This document shows positions 51,308 to 59,263 of a stretch of 64,000 nt of DNA, piece after piece. Under the pieces are notes generated by a model. That model was given only the letters and a program-made list of their open reading frames with translations. It was not told the DNA's origin and made no database searches. The position numbers were made by a program, and so were the translations under genes. The stretch's first letter is position 1; the number at the start of each line of letters is the position of its first letter. Origin of the DNA: an uncultured virus (IMG/VR IMGVR_UViG_3300025121_000021) (taxonomy: Duplodnaviria > Heunggongvirae > Uroviricota > Caudoviricetes); IMG/VR virus record IMGVR_UViG_3300025121_000021; one strand, given 5' to 3'.

Positions 51308-51666
51308 AATAACCGTAGTCTAAAATTACATATTTCTTTGCCAAGATCTTCTAAAGAAGTGACAGTATTGAGGATATTAAATAGGTCGGAAAATCCATCG
51401 TCTGTATATAAGGGGGTAACTGTTTTAAGGAAATTAAGGATTTGTAACCTATTCATATGAAATAATCTAAACCAATTTCCTAATTCTAGTAAACTACAAT
51501 CTTGCGAATAGGATATTTCAGAGCGGGGATATTTAGTAGGATCAAGAAAAGCTCTTGTGTCTTCTATAAAGAATCCGCAAAGCTTTCCCTGATCCTCCCA
51601 AATTAGGATAGGCCATAGATTTTTCTCAAATAGATCTTCGACTAATTGAGTAATATCCATGGCCAT
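51304..51666 (-). CDS. Hypothetical protein
   Basis: ORF in operon. Confidence 0.55.
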   Translation of the reverse strand: MAMDITQLVEDLFEKNLWPILIWEDQGKLCGFFIEDTRAFLDPTKYPRSEISYSQDCSLLELGNWFRLFHMNRLQILNFLKTVTPLYTDDGFSDLFNILNTVTSLEDLGKEICNFRLRLL

Positions 51667-51669
51667 TTT

Positions 51670-52014
51670 TTACCACCTAGGTTTAGTTGAAGTAGTAGTT
51701 GCAGGAGTAGTATTCTCTTGCTGAGTATTAAACTTAGTTAAAATAAAAGTATTTAATGCCTCGCGTTCTTCTTTACCCTTAGGGAAAGCTCCTTCTTGGG
51801 TGAATTTGCCTGATTTATCCTTCATGATATTCCCTTCCTTGTCCCTTTCAACGGGCCAGGAAACCCAAGTCTTATCATCTTTCTTAAAGATTGCGAATTT
51901 TACTGTGATTAAATCACAGAAAGTAATCATTCCTGCTCCAGCCAACACACCACTATTGATATTCCGTAGTGTAAAGTTTGTAACAGCACTTTCAATCTTT
52001 GTCTTTACGTCCAT
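51670..52014 (-). CDS. SpoVG-like nucleic-acid-binding protein
   Basis: T...L.....L.G...ITF.D.......IF.......VSWP..R.K.G.....AFP pattern. ATG at 52014 after AGGAG. Confidence 0.5.
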   Translation of the reverse strand: MDVKTKIESAVTNFTLRNINSGVLAGAGMITFCDLITVKFAIFKKDDKTWVSWPVERDKEGNIMKDKSGKFTQEGAFPKGKEEREALNTFILTKFNTQQENTTPATTTSTKPRW

Positions 52015-52024
52015 AATCTTTCTC

Positions 52025-53521
52025 CTAAATAATTTTACCATCTTTACATACTAATACTTTTTTCTCACCATTGATGGTAGAACCTAGTATAACTGATCTT
52101 TTCCAGATTTTTTCCATATATCTCATGACTACTTCACATTCATCAAGTTTTAATTCAAGTCCAAATTCTTGAAAATCTTGATGGTTTTCATGAGCTAAAA
52201 TTAAAGCTCCAGAATCTGCAACTCCTTGTATTGTGATTCTGGGAACACCATAATCGTAGGACATAGCAGATTGTTCAAAGCAGAAATCTTCAATACTCCT
52301 ATTCTTGAGAATAACTTCCCCTGTTTCGTTATCTCTTTGCATTGTACATAAATGTAACTTGTACATAAGTTTGTCAGTTAAGTAAGTTCTATAAAAAGAT
52401 GGATCGTCTTCGAATTTAACTACTTCTAGAACTTTATCCCATCCTTTAATAGTTGCTTTAACAATGTTTCCATCTTCGTCTCGAAACCTTTGGTTGTCAT
52501 CTTGTGGATAAGGATATAATTTCATATCTTTAGGAAGGCCATTGGTATAATAGTCGTCCCATCTTTCCCAGATGTCTCTAAGAATTTTATATCCTATATA
52601 ATATGGGTTATGCCCCATACGTCCAATCATGTGTTCTTCATCCCATCCCGGATTGATGACAGCAGAATTTAATGCGGCAAAATCAACCATATCCATATCG
52701 TTTAAGTACTTTTCCATAATTACGATATGAACAAGACTTGCAAATCCTTCATTAATAGTTTTAGTTAAGAATTGAGGATAGAAATAATAACTTTCTGCTC
52801 TCACTGTTAAGAGTACATCTTTTTGCCATTCTTCTAGATCAGGTGCGTAATGCGCAAGAAACCATAATAAATCAGGTTCTTTTCTTGGAGGAAATGTTTC
52901 GTAATTCCAAGAGACTTTACTTGTTACTTGAGGGCTTTCTTGTGTTAATAAGTCAATGATATCGGGTTCCGTATAACTAATTGTCCTTTCCTTCTTGGGA
53001 TATAGTGGTCTATTCTCGCCTTTTTGGGTATATGTAAACCAATCCAAATGACGCTCAAGAGCAAATGCCATAGTGATAAAGTCTTCTACTTCTTTCTCTC
53101 CATACATTTCTTTATAACGCTCTACGCGCAAACAAGAATCAGCAGCTCTTTGTACCATATCTTTAGGTACTTTAGATAATTGAATATTGTTTTTAAAAAC
53201 ATGTGCATGACCCATGCAATGGGCAATAATTAACTTATTAGTAACTAAATTGTTACTCGCATGCATAAAGGCATAAGTGGGGTTATTATTAATAATGGTT
53301 TCTAACGCTACCATACCATATTCGCTAGCGGCTTTTTGTTGTGTCCATGTAGGAGCATAGGAGAAATGACGCATACGTAGGGGTAGCCCATAGGTTGCGA
53401 TAATCGCCATTAATTTTGGAGGAACTGTTTCCCAAATAATAGGATCCCAAGACAATCCCATTTCGTGTGCTATTTCACTAATGGCTTTTACTTCTTCGTC
53501 GATGTGTCCTTCAACGAGCAT
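52025..53521 (-). CDS. spoVR: SpoVR/YcgB family protein
   Basis: YGLP.R..H.S, E.IIN.NP..A, AH..GH...FKNN, YFYPQ..TK.INEGFAS and NPY.IG. Confidence 0.9.
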   Translation of the reverse strand: MLVEGHIDEEVKAISEIAHEMGLSWDPIIWETVPPKLMAIIATYGLPLRMRHFSYAPTWTQQKAASEYGMVALETIINNNPTYAFMHASNNLVTNKLIIAHCMGHAHVFKNNIQLSKVPKDMVQRAADSCLRVERYKEMYGEKEVEDFITMAFALERHLDWFTYTQKGENRPLYPKKERTISYTEPDIIDLLTQESPQVTSKVSWNYETFPPRKEPDLLWFLAHYAPDLEEWQKDVLLTVRAESYYFYPQFLTKTINEGFASLVHIVIMEKYLNDMDMVDFAALNSAVINPGWDEEHMIGRMGHNPYYIGYKILRDIWERWDDYYTNGLPKDMKLYPYPQDDNQRFRDEDGNIVKATIKGWDKVLEVVKFEDDPSFYRTYLTDKLMYKLHLCTMQRDNETGEVILKNRSIEDFCFEQSAMSYDYGVPRITIQGVADSGALILAHENHQDFQEFGLELKLDECEVVMRYMEKIWKRSVILGSTINGEKKVLVCKDGKII

Positions 53522-53522
53522 C

Positions 53523-54725
53523 TTATTTCTCCTTTTTCGTTGTCCCAAAGAAGAACTGTAAGGTTTTATCTACATCTTCCTTGCCATTAATTAAAATAGC
53601 CTGGAATTTTTCATCAGTAATTTTGTTTCTAAGTAAGGAATATAATTCAGACCCTGAATTTGAGCTTACTTCCCATTGAAGTCCATAATTTCCCCATCCT
53701 AGATGTGGGTTTATCTCTCCATAACCAATCATAGAACATTTAGTTAATAACTTATCCACAAGTTTAACGTATAAGCGGTTATCATCGTCTCCCCAATTTC
53801 CACCGTCAGTTAAATGTACTATATAATTATTACATTTTGAAGGAGGGTGATGTTTGTCTATATGTTCGTCGGCTAATTTCAAAGCACTAGAACAAATAGT
53901 TCCTCCTCCCCAAGATACTTCAAAGAATTTCTTTTCTTCCTCAAACCAAGCTTGAGTATCGTGCGCAATAAAATATATATCTACTTTTTTATAATTATAT
54001 TTGAGGAATTGGACTATCCAGAAAAAGATCATTTTTGCAACGACACGAATTTCTTCAGTCATAGAACCACTGACATCCATTAATAAATAGACAGCTGCAT
54101 GAGTAGTATATTGAGGAATTTCTTCATAAGAAATTTTTACTAAATCTTCTTGTTTAAAATCTCCTACATATGCCTTTCCTGTCTCTGCTGCATTACGAAT
54201 GATATTTCTTAAAATAGTTTCTTCAATATCAGCGTTTGATATTGTATCAGTTGGCCTATAGGTGTTGTACTTTGTTTCAATAGACTCTACTGTCCTTTGC
54301 TCTTTTTCTCGTAAATTAGGAAGCCCTAACTGTCGAATCATTTCTTCGATAATGTCTTGTAAGTCAATCTCTACAGTATAAGTTGGATCTCCATGTTCAT
54401 TGCCTGCTTGTGGACCTTGTCCTTGACTAAAGGGGTCTCCAGGTTTAAGGACATCTCCTTCTTCTCCTAAAGCTTCTCCACTCGTATCAGAATAATCTGG
54501 TTGTGGTGTATCTTTGTTGGTACCCCAAATAAAACGCCTTTGTTTAATAGTCGGGATACGTACTTTAACTTTTTTGCCAGCACTATCAGATGTAATAATA
54601 TCTTCAGAGTTAATAATATCTTTCGCGCCGGATTTAATCGCTTCTTTTACACGTTCGGTATGTTTTCGCTCTTCCATATCAGTCTGGTTATTTAAATCCC
54701 AGATGTCATAGATGCTATCGCTCAT
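53523..54725 (-). CDS. yeaH: YeaH/YhbH (DUF444) vWA-domain protein
   Basis: LGLPNL.EK, MDVSGSM (MIDAS), FIAHDT.A, GGT.CSSA and H.TDG.NW..D. Confidence 0.85.
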   Translation of the reverse strand: MSDSIYDIWDLNNQTDMEERKHTERVKEAIKSGAKDIINSEDIITSDSAGKKVKVRIPTIKQRRFIWGTNKDTPQPDYSDTSGEALGEEGDVLKPGDPFSQGQGPQAGNEHGDPTYTVEIDLQDIIEEMIRQLGLPNLREKEQRTVESIETKYNTYRPTDTISNADIEETILRNIIRNAAETGKAYVGDFKQEDLVKISYEEIPQYTTHAAVYLLMDVSGSMTEEIRVVAKMIFFWIVQFLKYNYKKVDIYFIAHDTQAWFEEEKKFFEVSWGGGTICSSALKLADEHIDKHHPPSKCNNYIVHLTDGGNWGDDDNRLYVKLVDKLLTKCSMIGYGEINPHLGWGNYGLQWEVSSNSGSELYSLLRNKITDEKFQAILINGKEDVDKTLQFFFGTTKKEK

Positions 54726-55090
54726 AGTTCCTCACGATTAAACCCAAGTTCTAACAGTGTGTAAGAATCGAATGGTCGTATATAACATACAAAAAGAGGT
54801 CTCTCTTTTTCTTCGTTATAAATATTACCGTCAGTTAATCTTATACACCAAGCATAGTCACCAAATTGATTACCTATGCTGTAAGCTGAATTTGTCCAGT
54901 AATAATCTTTGATAAATCCTGGAGCTTCAAGTTCCCATATTCGTTTTAGTTGTTTAGCTGTTGGTAATGTCCATTCATATTGTTCTTGTCTTAAGGCTGT
55001 CCACCAACTCATTTTAATAGACTCTAATTTCCAAATTTGTTTTCTTTCGGTGTCGATTACGAAATTTTCAATTTGTTGGAATATACTCAT
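54722..55090 (-). CDS. DUF1566 family protein, copy F (divergent)
   Basis: MSW..A....W.LPT..QL...APGF....YWT...AWCI....G...V.YIRPFDS..L.EL. Confidence 0.7.
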   Translation of the reverse strand: MSIFQQIENFVIDTERKQIWKLESIKMSWWTALRQEQYEWTLPTAKQLKRIWELEAPGFIKDYYWTNSAYSIGNQFGDYAWCIRLTDGNIYNEEKERPLFVCYIRPFDSYTLLELGFNREEL

Positions 55091-55442
55091 AACTTTTCCA
55101 TTATAATTCCAAATTCTTTTAAAATCAAAGAGTCAAGTGGTCTCACACGCCGCACGTAGAAGATGGAGGACCTATATCATAATAGGCATCGCCATAGAAG
55201 AGGGACACGCTCCACACATAGCTTTGAAGGTAGTAGGTGTAGAGAGATGAAGACCAGAAGCGAGCACTTTTAAATCCAGGAACTTTATCTATAAATGCTT
55301 GTCTTAACTCATCTTTTGTCGGCAATCTCCAACCGTCTTTTTCTAAGTTCATGGCTTGAAACCAAGTCATTGGTTTTTGGGTTGGTCCCCAAATTAATCT
55401 TCTTTGGAAGTCAATTGTAAGGCCATTGATTACTTTAAACAT
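55087..55442 (-). pseudogene. DUF1566 family copy G, frameshifted in its variable region
   Basis: The family C-terminus YVRRVRPLDSLILKEFGIIMEKL* lies in another frame and ends in an ATGA overlap at 55087-55090. The span is 356 nt, one short of 357. Confidence 0.75.
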
Positions 55443-55446
55443 AAAG

Positions 55447-57471
55447 TTATTTTTTAGAGGCGCGGTTCACAAAAATAGTATTAACATATTTAATTAAAGC
55501 TTCTGCGCAAGATTCACAATATCCACGTTCTTGCAATCTTTTCCTGATAGCTTTTAAAACCTTCTCTCCATCTTTACCAGGCTTAGCTTTATCTAAGTGT
55601 TTGTCGAATGGGATACGTAACGTTTGCTTTGCTTTTGAGTATAAATATTTCTCAATTGCTTCACGTAAACGATCATGAGAATTCCACTTGAATTCCCCTC
55701 CTGCTTGTGTTACTTCCCAATGTTTACGAAATATTTCATGACGGAATTCACGTTTAGATGAAGAATTTACACCAATAGCAGATTCAATTGAATTCATCAA
55801 TTCATCATCCAATGGGATTTCATTCCCCATCTCATCTCTGGGTTTTTCTTCGGATAAGAAATTATTAATATTATCAATATAACGAGAGAATAATTCTTGA
55901 GCACGACTATCGATATCGGCAAGTAGTGCTCCTGCAACAGCCTTCTCGGCCATATCGTTATATTCTTCTAGAACAGTTCCAATATGACCTAGCCATTCTT
56001 TACGTGACTCTTCTTTGACTTCAGGATTCTCTTGTAAATACTTCTTAATCTTTGCAAGAATAGTTACTGGGTTAATACATGGGAATTCTGTATTGTCATT
56101 AATTTGATCAGCCATTGCACGATTAATACAATCTACGATCTTTCTGGGTCCTAGTCCCTCGAATCCTTCTCTGGTATGTTCAAGACGTAGAGGGCGCAAA
56201 TCTGATTTGTTTAAGCCGAATACGTCTTCTCCTGCATAGAAACGGATCTTCTGTTTAAGTCCAACAGCAGATCCTTTTGGTGGCTTTAGGCGAGTAAGCA
56301 TTGCGTAAAATGCTGCCACTTCTAAAGTATGTGGAGCAATATGAATTTTATCGCGATTTTGGTTTTGACGAAGAATCTTTTGATAAATCTTTTCTTCGTC
56401 CTTATAGCTTAAACAATAAGGCCAACCAATAGTCCATACGCGATCTTGTGTTGCTTCTTCTGTTAGATCTTCCATGAACTTACGGAATTCCGATTCGTTT
56501 GTATGCGAAATAATGAGTTCGTCTACGTCGATCATGGGGAGATTTTCAATTTTTAACTGTTTCTCTTGAGTTAAACTTAGTAAATCCATTCGCATATCTT
56601 TGGAAATCTTTAAAATTTCCATAAGTTCCATGATCCCACGATTTGCGTAATTAATTTCACCGGAATAATCATAACTAAACGGATCACTTAGACCATGTTG
56701 GCTCAATGTACTAATATTTTTTGTTCCTTTGAGGTCACTAGCTTTTTGAGACTTAGGATCTCCGGGCATAAAGTTACCGATACCTTGACGCTGACTAATA
56801 CTAATCAAAAATCGTTGTGATAAGAATTTCGAAATATCATCATTCAAGAACTTAGTTAGAACCTTTGCGCAATGTGGGCATAAATGGCCTTCGATTTTGA
56901 TACCTGTTGCTGTGAAAAAGTCTTCCCTAAGTTCATCGGGTAAGGCTCGTAATGGGTCTTCATTGATAGGACAATGGTTCTTCACGAGACCATACTTGTG
57001 ACTTTCTTCGTCTGTGAATGGATACTTGATCCGGTAAATAGCACCATCATCAGTATTGCTATATTCAGCTAGATTTCTTTTAATTTTGTCAACAACATCA
57101 CTCTTTCCGCTTCCTACTGGTCCCATGAATAGGAGTAGGCGGCGGCTTGCATCACTTTTATTTGCAGCAGATTTAAGATACTGCATTAGCATGCCAATAT
57201 TATCCTGAATTCCAAAGAATTGTTTTTCAAAGAAGTCATAAATTTCAATTTTCTTTCCCTTTTCCAGGGCATATTGATCTAGTTCGTATCGAATACCATG
57301 TCGATGAATCGAATTATAGACACGCCCAGCAGCATTAGCTGCAATACTAGGCTTATTTTTAACTAATTCGATATATTCAGATAAAGAGATAGTATGTAAT
57401 TCTACCTTGAGTTTGTCGTGCTTGGCCATTAATTGAGCAAGAAGATTCTCTTTGACCTCAGTGGTTGCCAT
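55447..57471 (-). CDS. prkA: PrkA/YeaG family AAA+ serine protein kinase
   Basis: FFGI, LLFMGPVGSGKS, CPINEDPL, LCPHC, ANRG.ME..E..K, HTNE.E, HIAPH, and GYCESCA at the C-terminus. ATG at 57471 after GGAGG. Confidence 0.9.
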   Translation of the reverse strand: MATTEVKENLLAQLMAKHDKLKVELHTISLSEYIELVKNKPSIAANAAGRVYNSIHRHGIRYELDQYALEKGKKIEIYDFFEKQFFGIQDNIGMLMQYLKSAANKSDASRRLLLFMGPVGSGKSDVVDKIKRNLAEYSNTDDGAIYRIKYPFTDEESHKYGLVKNHCPINEDPLRALPDELREDFFTATGIKIEGHLCPHCAKVLTKFLNDDISKFLSQRFLISISQRQGIGNFMPGDPKSQKASDLKGTKNISTLSQHGLSDPFSYDYSGEINYANRGIMELMEILKISKDMRMDLLSLTQEKQLKIENLPMIDVDELIISHTNESEFRKFMEDLTEEATQDRVWTIGWPYCLSYKDEEKIYQKILRQNQNRDKIHIAPHTLEVAAFYAMLTRLKPPKGSAVGLKQKIRFYAGEDVFGLNKSDLRPLRLEHTREGFEGLGPRKIVDCINRAMADQINDNTEFPCINPVTILAKIKKYLQENPEVKEESRKEWLGHIGTVLEEYNDMAEKAVAGALLADIDSRAQELFSRYIDNINNFLSEEKPRDEMGNEIPLDDELMNSIESAIGVNSSSKREFRHEIFRKHWEVTQAGGEFKWNSHDRLREAIEKYLYSKAKQTLRIPFDKHLDKAKPGKDGEKVLKAIRKRLQERGYCESCAEALIKYVNTIFVNRASKK

Positions 57472-58207
57472 TATTCCTCCTGAATTTATTAAGATTATTT
57501 TGGATATGATCAAGGTCTTCTTGATTAATTTGCTGAATATAATTAAGAATGCCTAAGGAATAAGATTCTTGATTAGAATTAACTAGCTTAAGGCTTAATT
57601 TTCTTTTAGTTCTACGAGATAAAGAAATGATATTGTTTTGAACTGTTATGCCTAAGACTCCAAATTTTTCAGTTTTAGGAATAATAGACTTAACTGGGCA
57701 TTTTAAATTGCCAATTGAATAGATATTTTTGAATAAACGAATAACATTTGGAATGTTATCTCTGCGGCATGAAATAATGATGTTGTCTACATAACGAGAC
57801 CATACAAAATCTTGATGAGTTTCGTATAATGATCTTTCTAAATATTGTATAAAACATTCGGCTAAAATTGGACTTGCAGGACTACCTTGCGGTAAGCTGT
57901 TTTGATAAAAACATATATCAAGCTCTTCATTTGTTAATAAATTCGGATATAGCCTAACAAAATTTTCTTTTATAATAGAGGGGAAAAACTTTTTAATATC
58001 TAATTCTATCCAATAATCATATTCAAATGGAAAATGATAATTAATAGTATTAAGAACAGATCTGAAACTAAAAATATTTTCTTTTATAGAAATAGAATTA
58101 TATATTCTTTTATGAATTTTTTTTAATTTCACTTTTGTCTCAGGATCAGGGATATTAATGTCTCTAAATTTATTATTAACTTTTCTAAGTTTTATACTAG
58201 TATACAT
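57458..58207 (-). CDS. Retron-like reverse transcriptase (249 aa, YVDN active-site variant)
   Basis: K..KFR.I..P, region-X-like NTINYH, LDIKKFFPSI, LPQGSPASP.LA, SRYVDNIIIS and region-Y-like VLGITV. Likely ATG is 58207; the track uses TTG 58243, which lies inside the RNA stem. Confidence 0.85.
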   Translation of the reverse strand: MYTSIKLRKVNNKFRDINIPDPETKVKLKKIHKRIYNSISIKENIFSFRSVLNTINYHFPFEYDYWIELDIKKFFPSIIKENFVRLYPNLLTNEELDICFYQNSLPQGSPASPILAECFIQYLERSLYETHQDFVWSRYVDNIIISCRRDNIPNVIRLFKNIYSIGNLKCPVKSIIPKTEKFGVLGITVQNNIISLSRRTKRKLSLKLVNSNQESYSLGILNYIQQINQEDLDHIQNNLNKFRRNNGNH

Positions 58208-58236
58208 ATTTATTACATTTTTTTTTAGGAAAAGAG

Positions 58237-58536
58237 ACACCAAGACTATAAGTAATCTAAATTGATATAGTTAACAACAATCTTTAATATTGGAATTGGT
58301 CCCTATAAAGGGACTCTCCCATAGCAAAGAGGTTATTAAGTATCGCCTTAGATTACTTATAGCTATCCTTGATTTTCATCTAGATACTTGGTGTATTTCA
58401 CTCGATTCAAATTATTTGAATCGAGAACTGGCCGAGTCCAGCTGCAGTCCAGTTCTAACTAACTTTATTTGAATGTAACCATTCAAATAAATTTAGTTTG
58501 TGAAATACATTTAAGATACTTATTTCTAAGTATCTA
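58237..58536 (-). ncRNA. Putative RT-associated structured ncRNA (retron msr/msd-like plus 5' multi-stem domain)
   Basis: Perfect 15-bp IR 58246-58260/58348-58362 and 8-bp IR 58237-58244/58387-58394. Hairpins at 58299-58314, 58401-58425 (11 bp), 58424-58456 (8 bp), 58464-58491 (12 bp) and 58514-58535 (9 bp). Closing 10-bp stem 58392-58401/58500-58509. This is the largest truly non-coding gap in the window. Confidence 0.75.
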
Positions 58537-59263
58537 ATGTGAAATATGTAAATTGACTATTGCTACTTAAACTAAATGTAATTTGTGTTGTTTTTAACAT
58601 TTTTGTGATAAATATTTCGCTTAATATAGCCAAAGCATGTAAAGCCGTCATCTGATTAATTAACATATTTTGTGGTGGACCATCTGCACATGAACGTTCA
58701 TGTGGTTTAGCATTATTTATTTCAGGATATAATTTCACAACATCATCTAAAATAACTTTTTGCTTATATGTTTCGTTATTAATTGGATTAGTAACAGCCA
58801 TTTGCCCTAAGTTACCTCCTAAGATAACTTGGCCTGTATCTAAATCATTGCCGCAATCCAAATAAAAATATTTGGCTTTCTTATAGCGATTTGCGCACAA
58901 AAGCCGAGCTTCGTCATTATCACAGCAACAAATTATAAGAGGGAGACAATCATAATAGTCATTCTTTATTGGTGTTTCTTTTGTTAAGAATTGAGGTTTA
59001 GCTATGATAGTTACTCCATAAGCGCGTGAGTATCTTTCTGCTAATACCTCAGCTTTATTTTTACCAATATCAGAAGCAATGAAGTTTTGTCTTAGAATAT
59101 TTTTGTCGCTAACAACATCTCCGTCCATAATATGAATATTAACTGGGCAAGATTTAAGAAATTTAATTAACCAAGGAATTAGCCAACTTCCTGTACCTCC
59201 TGCTCCAATAATTTCTATATGTCCAATGAAGTTTTGAGGTATGTTAATTAGTCCTATCTTCAT
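58526..59263 (-). CDS. E1-like ThiF-family activating enzyme (PRTRC-type)
   Basis: IGAGGTGS, DGD.V...N..RQNF...DIG.NKA, CCDN..AR, LDCGN...GQV, and SCAD with a candidate catalytic Cys. Confidence 0.9.
   Translation of the reverse strand: MKIGLINIPQNFIGHIEIIGAGGTGSWLIPWLIKFLKSCPVNIHIMDGDVVSDKNILRQNFIASDIGKNKAEVLAERYSRAYGVTIIAKPQFLTKETPIKNDYYDCLPLIICCCDNDEARLLCANRYKKAKYFYLDCGNDLDTGQVILGGNLGQMAVTNPINNETYKQKVILDDVVKLYPEINNAKPHERSCADGPPQNMLINQMTALHALAILSEIFITKMLKTTQITFSLSSNSQFTYFTLDT

Noticed and set aside
36447..55442. Insertion sequences/MITEs as the explanation for the ~355-bp dispersed repeats
   Set aside because: The repeats coincide with ORF boundaries and show no terminal inverted repeats, target-site duplications or transposase.
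57458..58207. DGR reverse transcriptase or group II intron maturase
   Set aside because: The motif is LPQGSPASP with a VLG region-Y-like segment (retron-like), not the DGR-type G(N/S)..SQ. There is no adjacent Avd, it is too short for a maturase, and no intron domain V was seen.
58290..58472. 60-aa + strand ORF
   Set aside because: It has a TTG start, no RBS, is antisense to the operon and coincides with the paired RNA elements.
58381..58510. tRNA gene (cloverleaf-like arrangement)
   Set aside because: The stems are too long, and there is no T-loop TTCG consensus in the right context or 7-nt anticodon loop.
58237..58536. Template repeat for the DUF1566 variable regions
   Set aside because: No similarity to the FWSS...AW.V...G...YVR coding segment on either strand. 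Only a short AACAACAAT is present.
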